The notes below the pieces were generated by a model. The model had not been told where the DNA came from and searched no databases. It was given only the letters and a program-made list of their open reading frames with translations. From a bacterium (GTDB taxonomy: Bacteria > Patescibacteriota > Minisyncoccia > Moranbacterales > UBA2206): 64,000 bases of DNA. The stretch spans positions 19,333 to 83,332 of the forward strand of contig JAJYKZ010000001.1 in the NCBI GenBank assembly GCA_021788105.1. The letters are read 5' to 3'. The translations under genes and the position numbers were made by a program. Positions 28,496 through 38,596 of the stretch are shown here, piece by piece; positions within the stretch are counted from its first letter, which is position 1, and every line of letters starts with the position of its first letter.

Positions 28496-30058
28496 TTATT
28501 TTAATATCTTCACAACCCCCTTATTCGCATCCACCTCAACCAAATCGCCGGTTTTTATTGCCTTAGTCGCAATGTGTAGTCCAATGACACAAGGCTTATT
28601 CAATTCACGAGAAACTATAGCAGCATGTCCGGTAACGCCACCTTCATCACAAACCAGAGCCTTGCACAACCTAATAGCAGGCATATATGTAGGATGAGTT
28701 TGAGGCGCAACCAAAATACTTCCCTCCGGCATTTCATGAACTTTTTTAGAAACATCATCGCTCCAATAAAATACAAAGGCCTTTCCCCTAACGAATCCCG
28801 TGTTTCCAATTTCCCCCTTCATTTCTTTTAGTTTATCGTAATCTACGGCGCCTAAAATTTCAGCTTTTTTTTCTAGCGCTTCCTTGCCCCACCAAATATA
28901 ATCTTTACCTTCGTAATGTAAATATAATTCGGCTTCAGCTCTCCTTGCCAACTCCTCTTTTTCCACGATCATTTTCCCTTCCAAGGCACTGATCAATTCG
29001 TCCTTTGTCATACTCGATATCTCTTCATATGACAGAGCAAGCTCTTCTGAATATTTTTTTAAAATTAAAACAAGATAATAACCTATCCACCTCCAAAAAA
29101 ATCCTGATTTAAACCTATAAAAACCTACTTTAGAAATTTTTTGAGCAAGCCCCAAGACTTCTTCAGAAAATCCATACCTTTCAATGATCTCTTTCTTTGT
29201 TTTAACGGCATTTTCATATTGATTTAAAATATCTTGCCTTTTTCTCTTGTAATCAATATCATTTTTGAGGCTGGTTTTTAATAAAAAAATAAAGTGATCA
29301 ATGTCCCATGCGGGGGTCCTATCACTCGCCGGAATCAGTCTGTACCTTCGATAATGTTCTTTTAGTAAAACTAAAATCTCATTGTAATTATCAGAAAGCA
29401 ATCCTTGTGACAGATAATTAATATCTTTCTCATGGATAATATTTTTCGCTTCTATGACTATTTCTAACCAAGCCAATTCTTCATGAGTAAAGAAAGACTT
29501 TTCTTCTGGAATCGTTAAAGCTACAAATACTTCTTCAACTAACCTTTCATCTTTTAATATTTTTCTGATCTCGCTATAAAGCTGGTTTTTTAAAGCATCG
29601 GTTAATTGTGGTTGACTACATCGCATGAAAGATGCCAGCCTATATTCAATATCTATTAATGAAGGTATTAAAGAAATAATTTCGTTTTTAGAAAAGCTAT
29701 CAATCTTATCCTCCAATTTATATCTTTCCATTATTTTTTCAACTTCTTTACAATCATTGTCTATCATTGAATACCATCTGGCTAACCACTCTTCATCAAA
29801 AAAAATTTTCTTTCCATGTTCAGTAGCCCTTGCCATATCCTTATCAACATAATAACCCCCGTGGATCCCTCCAATTTCAGTCGAATCACTATACCAAAGA
29901 TAATAGTCATATTTAAAGCCGGTAATCTTATCCATCAAACTCCTTCCCCTTAAGAACGGACGGATAAAAAGCTGATATGCCAATAGGTGACCGAGATTGG
30001 GACCTTCATACATCAATTTCCAGTTTAATTTTTTCGGAATAGGGTTTTGTTGCGACAT
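28496..30058 (-). CDS. Paralog B: divergent N-terminal domain plus C-terminal phosphohistidine swivel domain
   Basis: C-terminus ...[27 protein letters not shown]...[17 protein letters not shown]. Confidence 0.7.
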   Translation of the reverse strand: MSQQNPIPKKLNWKLMYEGPNLGHLLAYQLFIRPFLRGRSLMDKITGFKYDYYLWYSDSTEIGGIHGGYYVDKDMARATEHGKKIFFDEEWLARWYSMIDNDCKEVEKIMERYKLEDKIDSFSKNEIISLIPSLIDIEYRLASFMRCSQPQLTDALKNQLYSEIRKILKDERLVEEVFVALTIPEEKSFFTHEELAWLEIVIEAKNIIHEKDINYLSQGLLSDNYNEILVLLKEHYRRYRLIPASDRTPAWDIDHFIFLLKTSLKNDIDYKRKRQDILNQYENAVKTKKEIIERYGFSEEVLGLAQKISKVGFYRFKSGFFWRWIGYYLVLILKKYSEELALSYEEISSMTKDELISALEGKMIVEKEELARRAEAELYLHYEGKDYIWWGKEALEKKAEILGAVDYDKLKEMKGEIGNTGFVRGKAFVFYWSDDVSKKVHEMPEGSILVAPQTHPTYMPAIRLCKALVCDEGGVTGHAAIVSRELNKPCVIGLHIATKAIKTGDLVEVDANKGVVKILK

Positions 30059-30059
30059 T

Positions 30060-30890
30060 TTATAAAAATAAAGTGGTTATCGGTCTTGCTTGAGTTATGT
30101 AAATTATACCTCCTTCGATGGCCCATTCTATATCCATAGGCCTACCGTAATGCGCTTCGATGTCCAAAATATTCTCTAATAAAGATAGGAAATATTTTGT
30201 TGGCAATTTCTGTGCATTCCTCTTTTCTAAAGATACTTCCAATCTTTCATTTTCAAGCCTATCCTCATTAAAACATAATTTAAATTCTTGGTAGTTGATT
30301 TTTTTATCAATTATTTTTTTACTCTTTTTGTCGAAAATATATTTGTCCGGAGTAATAATTCCTGAAACCATATATTCCCCAAGACCAAAACCCGCTTCGA
30401 CCATAATCTCGTTTGCATTTTTGTTTATTGGATTATTGGAGAAAGCAATACCTGAAATTTCCGATTGTATCATTTTTTGGACGACCACTGCTATTTTTAT
30501 TTCCTCTGGGTTCACATGTTTTCCTTTACAATAATTAATTATTCTTTCACTATTTAATGAATTGTAACATTCTGATATTTTTTCAATCAGCTTATCTCTC
30601 GTCACATTCAAAAATGTATCAAACTGCCCTGCAAAGCTCGTATCAAACGCATCTTCTTTTGTTGCACTACTTCTTACAGCTACGGTTTTTATTTTTAGCT
30701 TATCAAAATTATTTAAAATTTCATTGGAAAATTCTTCTAAATTTTTTAAATCAATTTCCGTACTCAAAACAAAGCCTTCCGGGACATTAACATTTTTTAT
30801 GCCCTTAAGCTCACCAAGAGAAGAACCTTTCCCGCCAAAAAGTGCTACCTCACTCCTGGAAATCGATCTTAAAAACTTAATTTCCTCCAT
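30060..30890 (-). CDS. Second stand-alone ATP-grasp nucleotide-binding protein (PPDK_N-like)
   Basis: FGGKGSSLGEL, VAVRSSATKEDAFDTSFAGQFDTFLNV, AVVVQKMIQSEISGIAFS, DIEWA. Confidence 0.7.
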   Translation of the reverse strand: MEEIKFLRSISRSEVALFGGKGSSLGELKGIKNVNVPEGFVLSTEIDLKNLEEFSNEILNNFDKLKIKTVAVRSSATKEDAFDTSFAGQFDTFLNVTRDKLIEKISECYNSLNSERIINYCKGKHVNPEEIKIAVVVQKMIQSEISGIAFSNNPINKNANEIMVEAGFGLGEYMVSGIITPDKYIFDKKSKKIIDKKINYQEFKLCFNEDRLENERLEVSLEKRNAQKLPTKYFLSLLENILDIEAHYGRPMDIEWAIEGGIIYITQARPITTLFL

Positions 30891-31911
30891 TTCTTTTTCC
30901 GGAAATAACGTCTGCTATCGTTATTTCTTTTAGCAAATTACCGCTTTTCGTAAATATATTTTTATCTGGTTCAACATCCAAATCATATTCTTTTCCTCTT
31001 AAACGAAATTTTATTGAAACTTTGCCATTTTTTTCTTTTCTTTTGATTGAAATGTTGACTGCCTCATTGGGCTCAAAAGCTCCTCCCATTTTTTCCAAAA
31101 TATCTGACCCGTCAGAACAAACCGGATCTTCCTCAATTTGATCTTGCAACAAATAAACGAGAAAAGGTTCGATAAATCCGGCATGATTGACGTCATATAC
31201 AAATACCTTAGAATCATTTTTTAACCTGTTTGAAGCTTCAACATATTTTTTAAAATGTTCTGTCATTCTTAATACAACTTCCAAAACAGAGATTCCGTCT
31301 TCCTTCACTTGTTTGTCTTTAAAATTTTTAATGATAGATTCTTCCTTATCAGAATTTTCTTTTGATCCATCAGTTTTATCAATGATTTTTTTCAAATAAT
31401 CGAGATCGTCCATCAAATATTTTATCCACAATGCAACTCCCGCGTTTTCTTTTTTCAATGACGAGCTGGCACTTTTTTCAGTAGCCTCTTTATATGCTTG
31501 TCGTATTTGCGGAGATATTAAATTAACATCTTTTGATTCACTTGATTCATTCATTATTTTTTTCACGATCACACCTTCTTTACTGATAACTCCCGTTGGC
31601 AGATCCCTGACTCGCAAATTGACTTTTTTCTTTTCGTCGTCCATAACAAAAGTGTCATTACTTTCAAAACCTTCTTCTATTTTCATTCCTGTATGAACAG
31701 CGCGTTCGATCGGAGTAGTTCTTACCGCAACAACATCATACCCGCTCAAATCCTTACCCTTTGCTAATTCGACAACTTTTTCAGGATTAGCTATCCTTGA
31801 TGCATTAAAAGAACCTTTCTCGCCATGACGAGCAAGTTCCACATCTATTTCTACATTGTTTCCAAACTCTCCCGATTCCTTTTGCTCAATTCTTTCAAAT
31901 GGATTTTTCAT
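30877..31911 (-). CDS. Possible histidine-phosphatase-superfamily protein (RHG motif)
   Basis: VELARHGEKGSFN resembles the PGM-family RHGE signature. Otherwise a divergent K/E-rich sequence. Confidence 0.4.
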   Translation of the reverse strand: MKNPFERIEQKESGEFGNNVEIDVELARHGEKGSFNASRIANPEKVVELAKGKDLSGYDVVAVRTTPIERAVHTGMKIEEGFESNDTFVMDDEKKKVNLRVRDLPTGVISKEGVIVKKIMNESSESKDVNLISPQIRQAYKEATEKSASSSLKKENAGVALWIKYLMDDLDYLKKIIDKTDGSKENSDKEESIIKNFKDKQVKEDGISVLEVVLRMTEHFKKYVEASNRLKNDSKVFVYDVNHAGFIEPFLVYLLQDQIEEDPVCSDGSDILEKMGGAFEPNEAVNISIKRKEKNGKVSIKFRLRGKEYDLDVEPDKNIFTKSGNLLKEITIADVISGKRNGGN

Positions 31912-31921
31912 ATTTTTAATT

Positions 31922-32209
31922 TTAATTATTATAACTTTTTAAAATCTTCACAATCCCCTTATTTGCATCCACTTCAACCAAATCACCATCTTTCAAAACT
32001 TTAGTGGCAATCCTTGTTCCAATTATACATGGCTTTTTTAGTTCGCGCGAGACAATTGCCGCATGACAAGTTATACCGCCTTCGTCGGCTGACTGATTCA
32101 GTTTCTTATTTTTAGATTTTATGAACTTAACCAGTCCTTGCGCCCAAAATCCTTCCAGTATTAAGCTAAGGTCCCGTTCATATTCTTTTGTCAGATGAAT
32201 TTTTGGCAT
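31922..32209 (-). pseudogene. Remnant of a paralog: isolated phosphohistidine swivel domain (95 aa) lacking the N-terminal domain
   Basis: ...[51 protein letters not shown] is near-identical to the paralog C-termini. The upstream region is non-homologous. Confidence 0.5.
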
Positions 32210-32211
32210 GA

Positions 32212-32676
32212 TTAAATTTTTTCCGATATCATTTCCAAAACCGCCTGAGTCGCTTCTGCCCCTTTGTTATTTTTCCCTCGCGACCGGTCTTGGGCTTGTT
32301 TGAGATTATTTGTTGTTATCACTCCAAATCCGATTGGAATATCATATTTCAGCATTACATCCATAATTCCCCGCGCGGCTTCATTAGATACAAAATAGTA
32401 ATGATCAGTGCCACCCTTGATTACGCAACCTAAAGCAATCAGTGCATCAAACTTTTTGGTTTTAGCTGCTTTTTGACAAGCCAATGGAATTTCAAAAGCG
32501 CCTGGAACCCAAACTGTTTTGATGTTGGATTTTTTAACTTTATTTTTTTCCAGAACATCCATCGTGCCCTGAAGCATCCCTCCGGTGATGTCGGAATTAA
32601 ATTTTGAAACCACGATTCCGATTTTCAATTTGCTCCCGTCGATTGTTTCTTTTTTTTGGTTATTTTTTCTTTGCAT
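32212..32676 (-). CDS. ribH: 6,7-dimethyl-8-ribityllumazine synthase
   Basis: [14 protein letters not shown]...[12 protein letters not shown]...[15 protein letters not shown]. Confidence 0.85.
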   Translation of the reverse strand: MQRKNNQKKETIDGSKLKIGIVVSKFNSDITGGMLQGTMDVLEKNKVKKSNIKTVWVPGAFEIPLACQKAAKTKKFDALIALGCVIKGGTDHYYFVSNEAARGIMDVMLKYDIPIGFGVITTNNLKQAQDRSRGKNNKGAEATQAVLEMISEKI

Positions 32677-33263
32677 TATTTTGTTCTTAATAACTTATTT
32701 AAATATTTCGCCAAAACGTCTGTTTCGATATTGACATAATTTCCAACAGAAATTTTTCCCAAATTGGTATTATCCAAAGTATAACTCACTAGAGAAACCG
32801 TAAACCAATCTTTGCCAGTATCAACAACGGTGAGACTAATGCCGTCAATTGCAATTGATCCTTTTTCCGCCACAAACTTCATAAACTCTTTCGAAATTTT
32901 AATTTTAATAATCTCAGATTCCTTCACCTTTTGGATTTCAATTACCTCTCCGGTCGTATCCACATGACCTTGCACAATGTGCCCATCTAGAAGATCGCTC
33001 ATTTTCAAACTTTTTTCTAAATTAACCGCTGTTCCTTTTTGAAAATTGCCTGCAGTAGTTTTTTTAATTGTTTCCGGCATATATTCAACTTCAAAAATGC
33101 TTTTGGAAAAATTTTTAACAGTCGAACAGACCCCATTTATGGCAATGCTTTCACCTTTCCAAACTTTCCAACCTTTGGGAATTTTTATAGACACAAAAAA
33201 ACTCCCTTTTTTTTCGGATATTTTTTCCACCGCTGAAACTTTTTGAATAATTCCTGTAAACAT
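32676..33263 (-). CDS. ribE: Riboflavin synthase alpha subunit
   Basis: MFTGIIQKV...GESIAINGVCSTV duplicated lumazine-binding motif. Confidence 0.85.
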   Translation of the reverse strand: MFTGIIQKVSAVEKISEKKGSFFVSIKIPKGWKVWKGESIAINGVCSTVKNFSKSIFEVEYMPETIKKTTAGNFQKGTAVNLEKSLKMSDLLDGHIVQGHVDTTGEVIEIQKVKESEIIKIKISKEFMKFVAEKGSIAIDGISLTVVDTGKDWFTVSLVSYTLDNTNLGKISVGNYVNIETDVLAKYLNKLLRTK

Positions 33264-33278
33264 TTTGTAATTTGAAAC

Positions 33279-33608
33279 TTAAAATTTTAAATTTGAAATT
33301 TTTTTAATATCTTTAGCAATTTGTTCTTTTAGTTTTTCCTCGCTTTCAAATTTCATGACATCTCTGATTTTTTGACCGAGCTCTATCCGTATTTCCATGC
33401 CGTAAATATCCTGGTTAAAATTAAATAAATAAGCTTCTAAAAGATTTTGGAAAACAAATATAGCTGCCGCATATTCTTTTCCTTCAACAATCACACTTCC
33501 TCCATAAATTCCACTAGCAATATCTTCCTTCAGTTCTACATTGGCCGTTGGAAATCCCAGTTCCCTGCCTCTTGCTTTACCCTTAATGACTTTACCAGAT
33601 ATTTTCAT
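33279..33608 (-). CDS. Riboflavin kinase (stand-alone flavokinase domain)
   Basis: GKARGRELGFPTANV is the riboflavin kinase signature. Confidence 0.7.
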   Translation of the reverse strand: MKISGKVIKGKARGRELGFPTANVELKEDIASGIYGGSVIVEGKEYAAAIFVFQNLLEAYLFNFNQDIYGMEIRIELGQKIRDVMKFESEEKLKEQIAKDIKKISNLKF

Positions 33609-33610
33609 TT

Positions 33611-35054
33611 TTAATTTTTCTTTAGAATTTTTACGATCCCTTTATTAGCATCAACTTCCACTAAATCACCGTCTTTTAAAACTTTGGTAGCAACCCTTGT
33701 TCCAATTATACCTGGCTCACCAAATTCCCGCGAGACAATCGCTGCGTGACAAGTAATGCCTCCGTCATCAGTAACAATGGCAGCTGCTTTTTTCATTCCA
33801 AGAAGATGTTCCGGCCGAGTCATGGGCGCAACCAAAATATCGCCCTCCTTCACTTTATCAATATTTTTCGCCGACATGATAATTTTTATTCTCCCTTTCG
33901 CAATTCCAAGCGATGCCACCATGCCTTTTATTTCCTTAACATTGCCCGTTTCGATATGGGAAACTTTCCTGGTAAATTTTTCAGATTCATATCCAGAAAT
34001 GATGCTAACTATTTCACCATTTCGATATACAAATAGAGATGATTTTTTTCTTTCTTCCAAGTCTGCTATATTAAATTTCCCTTCCAGAATACCTTTTATT
34101 TCTTTGGAATTTATATAACGCAATATATTATAACTAATTCCAGTGCGTTTTGAAATTTCCGCTAAAATTTTTGATTGCAAAGTCACAAAGGTTAAAGTGT
34201 ATATCTTTCTCTGATCCTGCCATTTTACAAATATTTCCGTAAGCTTGGAAATTGCTTTGATTTCCGGATTAAATTTATATTTTTTAAATAATTTTTCTTT
34301 GGCTTCTTTATTGCTTTTTAAAATATTATTCCTTGTTTTTTTCGGTTTTGATTTTTGCAAGTTCTTTTTTTGCATCATGTCGGGTGTATTTTTTGTATCC
34401 GGCATAGCTTGATTTTATCCAGGCATATTTTAAAATATGAAACTTCAATGCCGTTTCAAGATCTTTTCCTTTCTTGCTCTTCAACTTTTTCAAATCGGTT
34501 ATTTCTTCGTTTATAAAAGAAGGATTGACTGGTGCGCTCAGAACAGAAAATATTTCAGGATAGTTATTAATTTTGTTTTTTTCACAAAAATCTTTGATCA
34601 AACCATCAAATCTTTTGTCAGCATAAAACATAAAACCATCAAGAAACCCGGGCATAGAAATTTTGCGGTAATATTTATAAATTTCTTCAGCCCAACCAAT
34701 CAAAACTTCATTATCCAAACCGGAGATATCAGCTTCGTACCGATCGTAAAATTTGGCCATCATTGAATCAAAATTTTCCAACCAGCTTCTGTGCAGATTG
34801 GTGATGACTTTTTCATTTTTTAAAAAAATTTTTACTATAGCAGCACCTATTAATTGATGATCTGAATATAGAGACATCCAGTCGCCCTCCGACTCCTTAT
34901 AATAGCAAAGATTCTTTTTATAAACCGGGATCGTACTATTGTATAATTTTTTGGTGAAACCGTGAGCGGTCATTTCCGTAAAAGCCGGACAACCGTCATA
35001 ATGTTCGATATTCCACTTTTCTTTGGCTAAATTTTTCAGGTTTATTTTTTTCAT
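33611..35054 (-). pseudogene. Paralog C split into two ORFs (34326..35054 N-part; 33611..34405 C-part with swivel domain) by a frameshift at an A7/T7 run
   Basis: The two ORFs overlap by 80 nt and together align over the full length of paralogs D and E. Deleting one A in the run at 34336..34342 joins ...KIKTEK to TRNNILKSNKEAKEK... Confidence 0.6.
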
Positions 35055-35056
35055 TT

Positions 35057-36529
35057 TTATTTAACAACTTTAACAGTTCCCTTATTTACATCTAACTCAA
35101 CCAGATCTCCATCTTTTATTAATTGAGTAGCGGTTTTGGTACCAATTATACACGGCTTTCCCATTTCGCGCGATACAATGGCTGCATGACAAGCAATTCC
35201 TCCCTCATCAGTAATTATGGCCTTGGCAATTCTCATCAAAGGAACCCATTCCGGACGAGTCATTGAAGTCACCAAAATCTCTCCATTCTTAAAAAAGTCT
35301 TTTTTTGTATTCATTACAACTTTTGCACGTCCAATAATTTTTTGTTCCATTCCTTTACTGGCAACCATTCCTTTTAAATCTCTATTTTTTATTTCTGTAG
35401 CAGCTTTCAATATTTCCTTAGCATCTTTTCCAAAAAACACTACCGGTTTTTTCTTTCTTTCAAAATCAAGGAAAACTCCTTTTCTCCTCGATCGGATTTC
35501 TTTTTCCTCTATTCTTTTTCCGGTTCGAATAAAATTTTCAATTTCAACTACCGTGCACATATTCAAATATTCATAATCAATATCAAATTTTCTGCAAATA
35601 GCTTCAAAAAAATTCCAAAGGTAGTGCAAATGTTCCAACATTCCCTTTTTGCGTTGGTCAATCCAATATATGACCTTGCTGGCAAAATAAAGATCTCTCT
35701 TATCTTCACTAGACAATTTCAAATCTTTGTATTTTTTTAAATGCACTTTTCCGCTACTTTTCAAGTTTTTTAATTCTTTCTCTATTTCTTCCAAAGAATG
35801 TTTTTTTAATTCGTTTTTAATATCTTTCAATACGGTCTCCTGATTAATTATCGTCGTTCGGCAAAAATCAGTTTTTATCCAATAATAATTATATGAATAA
35901 TTATTAATTTTATTTTTAATTTCTCTGTTATTGGAATATTCTATGACAATTTCAAAAAAAGCCTCCCTCTCTTTGCTGAATACAGATTTTTTCTCAGGAT
36001 GAGCCAACTCATGAACAATTTCTCTAGCTGACTCAATTTCCATTTTATGCCGTTTTGCAAATCTTGGAACAATAACAGTTTCAATAACATGGCCTTTTTC
36101 TTCTCCAAAAGAAGCATATTGCCACCATTTGAATGCCGTTTCAGTTAGCTGTTTATACAAATCAACGATTTCGTTATTGCTGAAATCTTCGATTTTCTTA
36201 TTACTAATTCCCTTCCAAATATTTTCAAATTTATCGATAATTTTTTGATGATTTTTTATTTTTTGGTCTAAAGATTTTGGATTTTTCAGATAGTCATTCC
36301 AAATCTTTAATCCGATTTTATCAATATTGTCCTTACTTATGAATTGATAATGCGGCTCATAATTATCATATCCCAAATAGCAAAAAATTGGAGAAAAATT
36401 TACTTTATGAACAGTATTGGAATTAGCATATGCGCCGTAAGCCAGATCGCAAATAAACAAAAAAGCGTGAGCTCGCTGTATATCCAACTCATTCTCTTTT
36501 AGATAGGTTACGACTTCTTTTCTGTTCAT
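35057..36529 (-). CDS. Paralog D: divergent N-terminal domain plus C-terminal phosphohistidine swivel domain
   Basis: ...LKGMVASKGMEQKIIGRAKVV...[48 protein letters not shown]...DGDLVELDVNKGTVKVVK. Confidence 0.7.
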   Translation of the reverse strand: MNRKEVVTYLKENELDIQRAHAFLFICDLAYGAYANSNTVHKVNFSPIFCYLGYDNYEPHYQFISKDNIDKIGLKIWNDYLKNPKSLDQKIKNHQKIIDKFENIWKGISNKKIEDFSNNEIVDLYKQLTETAFKWWQYASFGEEKGHVIETVIVPRFAKRHKMEIESAREIVHELAHPEKKSVFSKEREAFFEIVIEYSNNREIKNKINNYSYNYYWIKTDFCRTTIINQETVLKDIKNELKKHSLEEIEKELKNLKSSGKVHLKKYKDLKLSSEDKRDLYFASKVIYWIDQRKKGMLEHLHYLWNFFEAICRKFDIDYEYLNMCTVVEIENFIRTGKRIEEKEIRSRRKGVFLDFERKKKPVVFFGKDAKEILKAATEIKNRDLKGMVASKGMEQKIIGRAKVVMNTKKDFFKNGEILVTSMTRPEWVPLMRIAKAIITDEGGIACHAAIVSREMGKPCIIGTKTATQLIKDGDLVELDVNKGTVKVVK

Positions 36530-37989
36530 TTATTTAAAATTTTAATTATTCCTTTATTGGCATCTACCTCCACAGTATCGCCGTCTTTTAAAACTTTAGT
36601 GGCAATTTTTGTTCCGACTATTCCCGGAATTCCAAGCTCTCTGGAAACTATTGCTGCATGACAAGTCATACCGCCCTCATCTGTAACAACGGCACAAGAT
36701 TTTTTGAGTGCTACAATAAAGTCAGGCGTGGTCATTGTGGTTACAAGCACTTCTCCATTTTTTATTTTATCCATATTTTTTGATCCGATAATGATTCTAA
36801 CCCGACCCTTGACCACTCCGCGATTCACAACCAATCCCTTGATTTCTTTAATATCTTTTTTTATCTTATTGTTTAAATAAGGAGTGGCTATTTTCTTCGC
36901 CTTCGATCCCGAAACATATCTTATTTCTTCCGGCGGACGATATGCGGCGACAAAATCATCCTTTCTTGATTCTATTTCACTTCCGCTTAACTTTTTATTC
37001 TTCATAACCAAATCTTCCAATTCCGCTATAACATAAAAATGAAGATCGTCAAAATCCAATTCGAACCGCCTTGAAATTTCTTTCAAGAATAAGTCAACAA
37101 TATAATTATTTTTAAAAATATAAGACTTTCTAAAATCCTGCCACCAAATACAAAAAGATAACCTTTGACTTATTTTTAAAGTTTCATACGGCAAATTAAA
37201 TTCCCGAATAACTTTTTTCTTGTGAATAATCGCTTCTTTTTTTATTTTTTCTATTTCCTCAATTTTTCTTTTAGCATCTTTCATAGAAATGACACCCAAT
37301 CTTTTTCTAAAATAACTGACCGGTAATATTCTTGTGTTATGATAACTGTTCAGCATCCAGAAATATTTTTGCTGATGCGATTTCAGTTTTTCTTCCAAGG
37401 ATTTTTTATGTTTTATATTTTTCAGAGATAACAGGTCTATTTCTTCTTTTTGATAGAAAGAAAAATCCTCCGGAGCCGAAAGCCTTTCCAATGCGTAATG
37501 AAAATCTTCTTCTTTTAAAAATTTTTGTAAAATATCACTCAATATTTTTTCCCCTCCCCAATTCGCAACTTCCGGCAAAGATCCGATATTCCAAAATTCT
37601 TTCCCAGCCAAACTATTCCAATTTTGAAATAATTGAAAAAATTCTTTGTCAGATAGTAATTTCAGATCGGTTTTCGAGATTTTTTCCGCCGAAGCTTCGA
37701 AATTTTTTATAAGCTTTTCCCACTTCGCATAATTCAATTTAAATAACTTATCATCCAAAATATGCTTTTTAAAAAGAGCTTCGCCATGAAAACGGAGCTC
37801 TTCATAATCAACAATAACGGTTGCCATTTCTTTGGCATAAAAGACTAGAGCAGCCGGCCAACCCGGAGAAAAATATTTGGCAAATTCAAAAAATCCTCCA
37901 AACCAATAATCTGGGAAAATCGGACGACCATCAGAAGGTCCCCAACGAAAAAGTTCTTTTTTTGGATTAATTAAAGTTTTAATTTCCAT
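36526..37989 (-). CDS. Paralog E: divergent N-terminal domain plus C-terminal phosphohistidine swivel domain
   Basis: ...IKGLVVNRGVVKGRVRII...[48 protein letters not shown]...[19 protein letters not shown]. Confidence 0.7.
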   Translation of the reverse strand: MEIKTLINPKKELFRWGPSDGRPIFPDYWFGGFFEFAKYFSPGWPAALVFYAKEMATVIVDYEELRFHGEALFKKHILDDKLFKLNYAKWEKLIKNFEASAEKISKTDLKLLSDKEFFQLFQNWNSLAGKEFWNIGSLPEVANWGGEKILSDILQKFLKEEDFHYALERLSAPEDFSFYQKEEIDLLSLKNIKHKKSLEEKLKSHQQKYFWMLNSYHNTRILPVSYFRKRLGVISMKDAKRKIEEIEKIKKEAIIHKKKVIREFNLPYETLKISQRLSFCIWWQDFRKSYIFKNNYIVDLFLKEISRRFELDFDDLHFYVIAELEDLVMKNKKLSGSEIESRKDDFVAAYRPPEEIRYVSGSKAKKIATPYLNNKIKKDIKEIKGLVVNRGVVKGRVRIIIGSKNMDKIKNGEVLVTTMTTPDFIVALKKSCAVVTDEGGMTCHAAIVSRELGIPGIVGTKIATKVLKDGDTVEVDANKGIIKILNK

Positions 37990-38596
37990 TTTCTGATGAA
38001 TATTTTTTGTCTATCCACTCCTTTGCAATTTCCTTAAACTCCTTATAAAAAAATAATTTTAGCATATTTTTTAAAACTGTTAGCAACTCTTTTTCATTTG
38101 GGTAAATTTTTTTTATATTTTTTATTCTTTTTTCATTATATCTATCTAAAGAATCTATATCGTGAAAAATTCTCTTATTTTCAGTGTTGTAAATTTTTTT
38201 AAGATCCTCGCCGGTTTTTAGCTGATCATAATCGTGTACGCTAATCATGTCAACAATTTCTTTTCTCTTCTTATTTTCGTAGCCAACCGACTTCAAGATA
38301 TCATCGGCAATCTTGGCACCTGTAAGCATATGCACCAGCTTTCCATTGGTAATCTTTTCAGGTCCGGTGACATATTTAAAATGTTCCGGCAAAATTGCAG
38401 AATGTCCAATATCATGCATCATGGCTACTGGGATTAAAATTTCATAATCTAGCTTAAGTTTTCCTTTGTAATTCAAAATTACTTTAATAACCTCTTCCGC
38501 GTGTTCAAAATCTCCCAATCTTCCTTTCTTCAAAAGCGGTCTGCACCTTTTCCAAATCTTTAGATATTTGCTAGATAGTTCCATATTATTTTTCAA
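37979..38596 (-). CDS. HD-domain phosphohydrolase
   Basis: H...AMMHDIGHS...D is the HD motif. Confidence 0.6.
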   Translation of the reverse strand: MKNNMELSSKYLKIWKRCRPLLKKGRLGDFEHAEEVIKVILNYKGKLKLDYEILIPVAMMHDIGHSAILPEHFKYVTGPEKITNGKLVHMLTGAKIADDILKSVGYENKKRKEIVDMISVHDYDQLKTGEDLKKIYNTENKRIFHDIDSLDRYNEKRIKNIKKIYPNEKELLTVLKNMLKLFFYKEFKEIAKEWIDKKYSSENGN

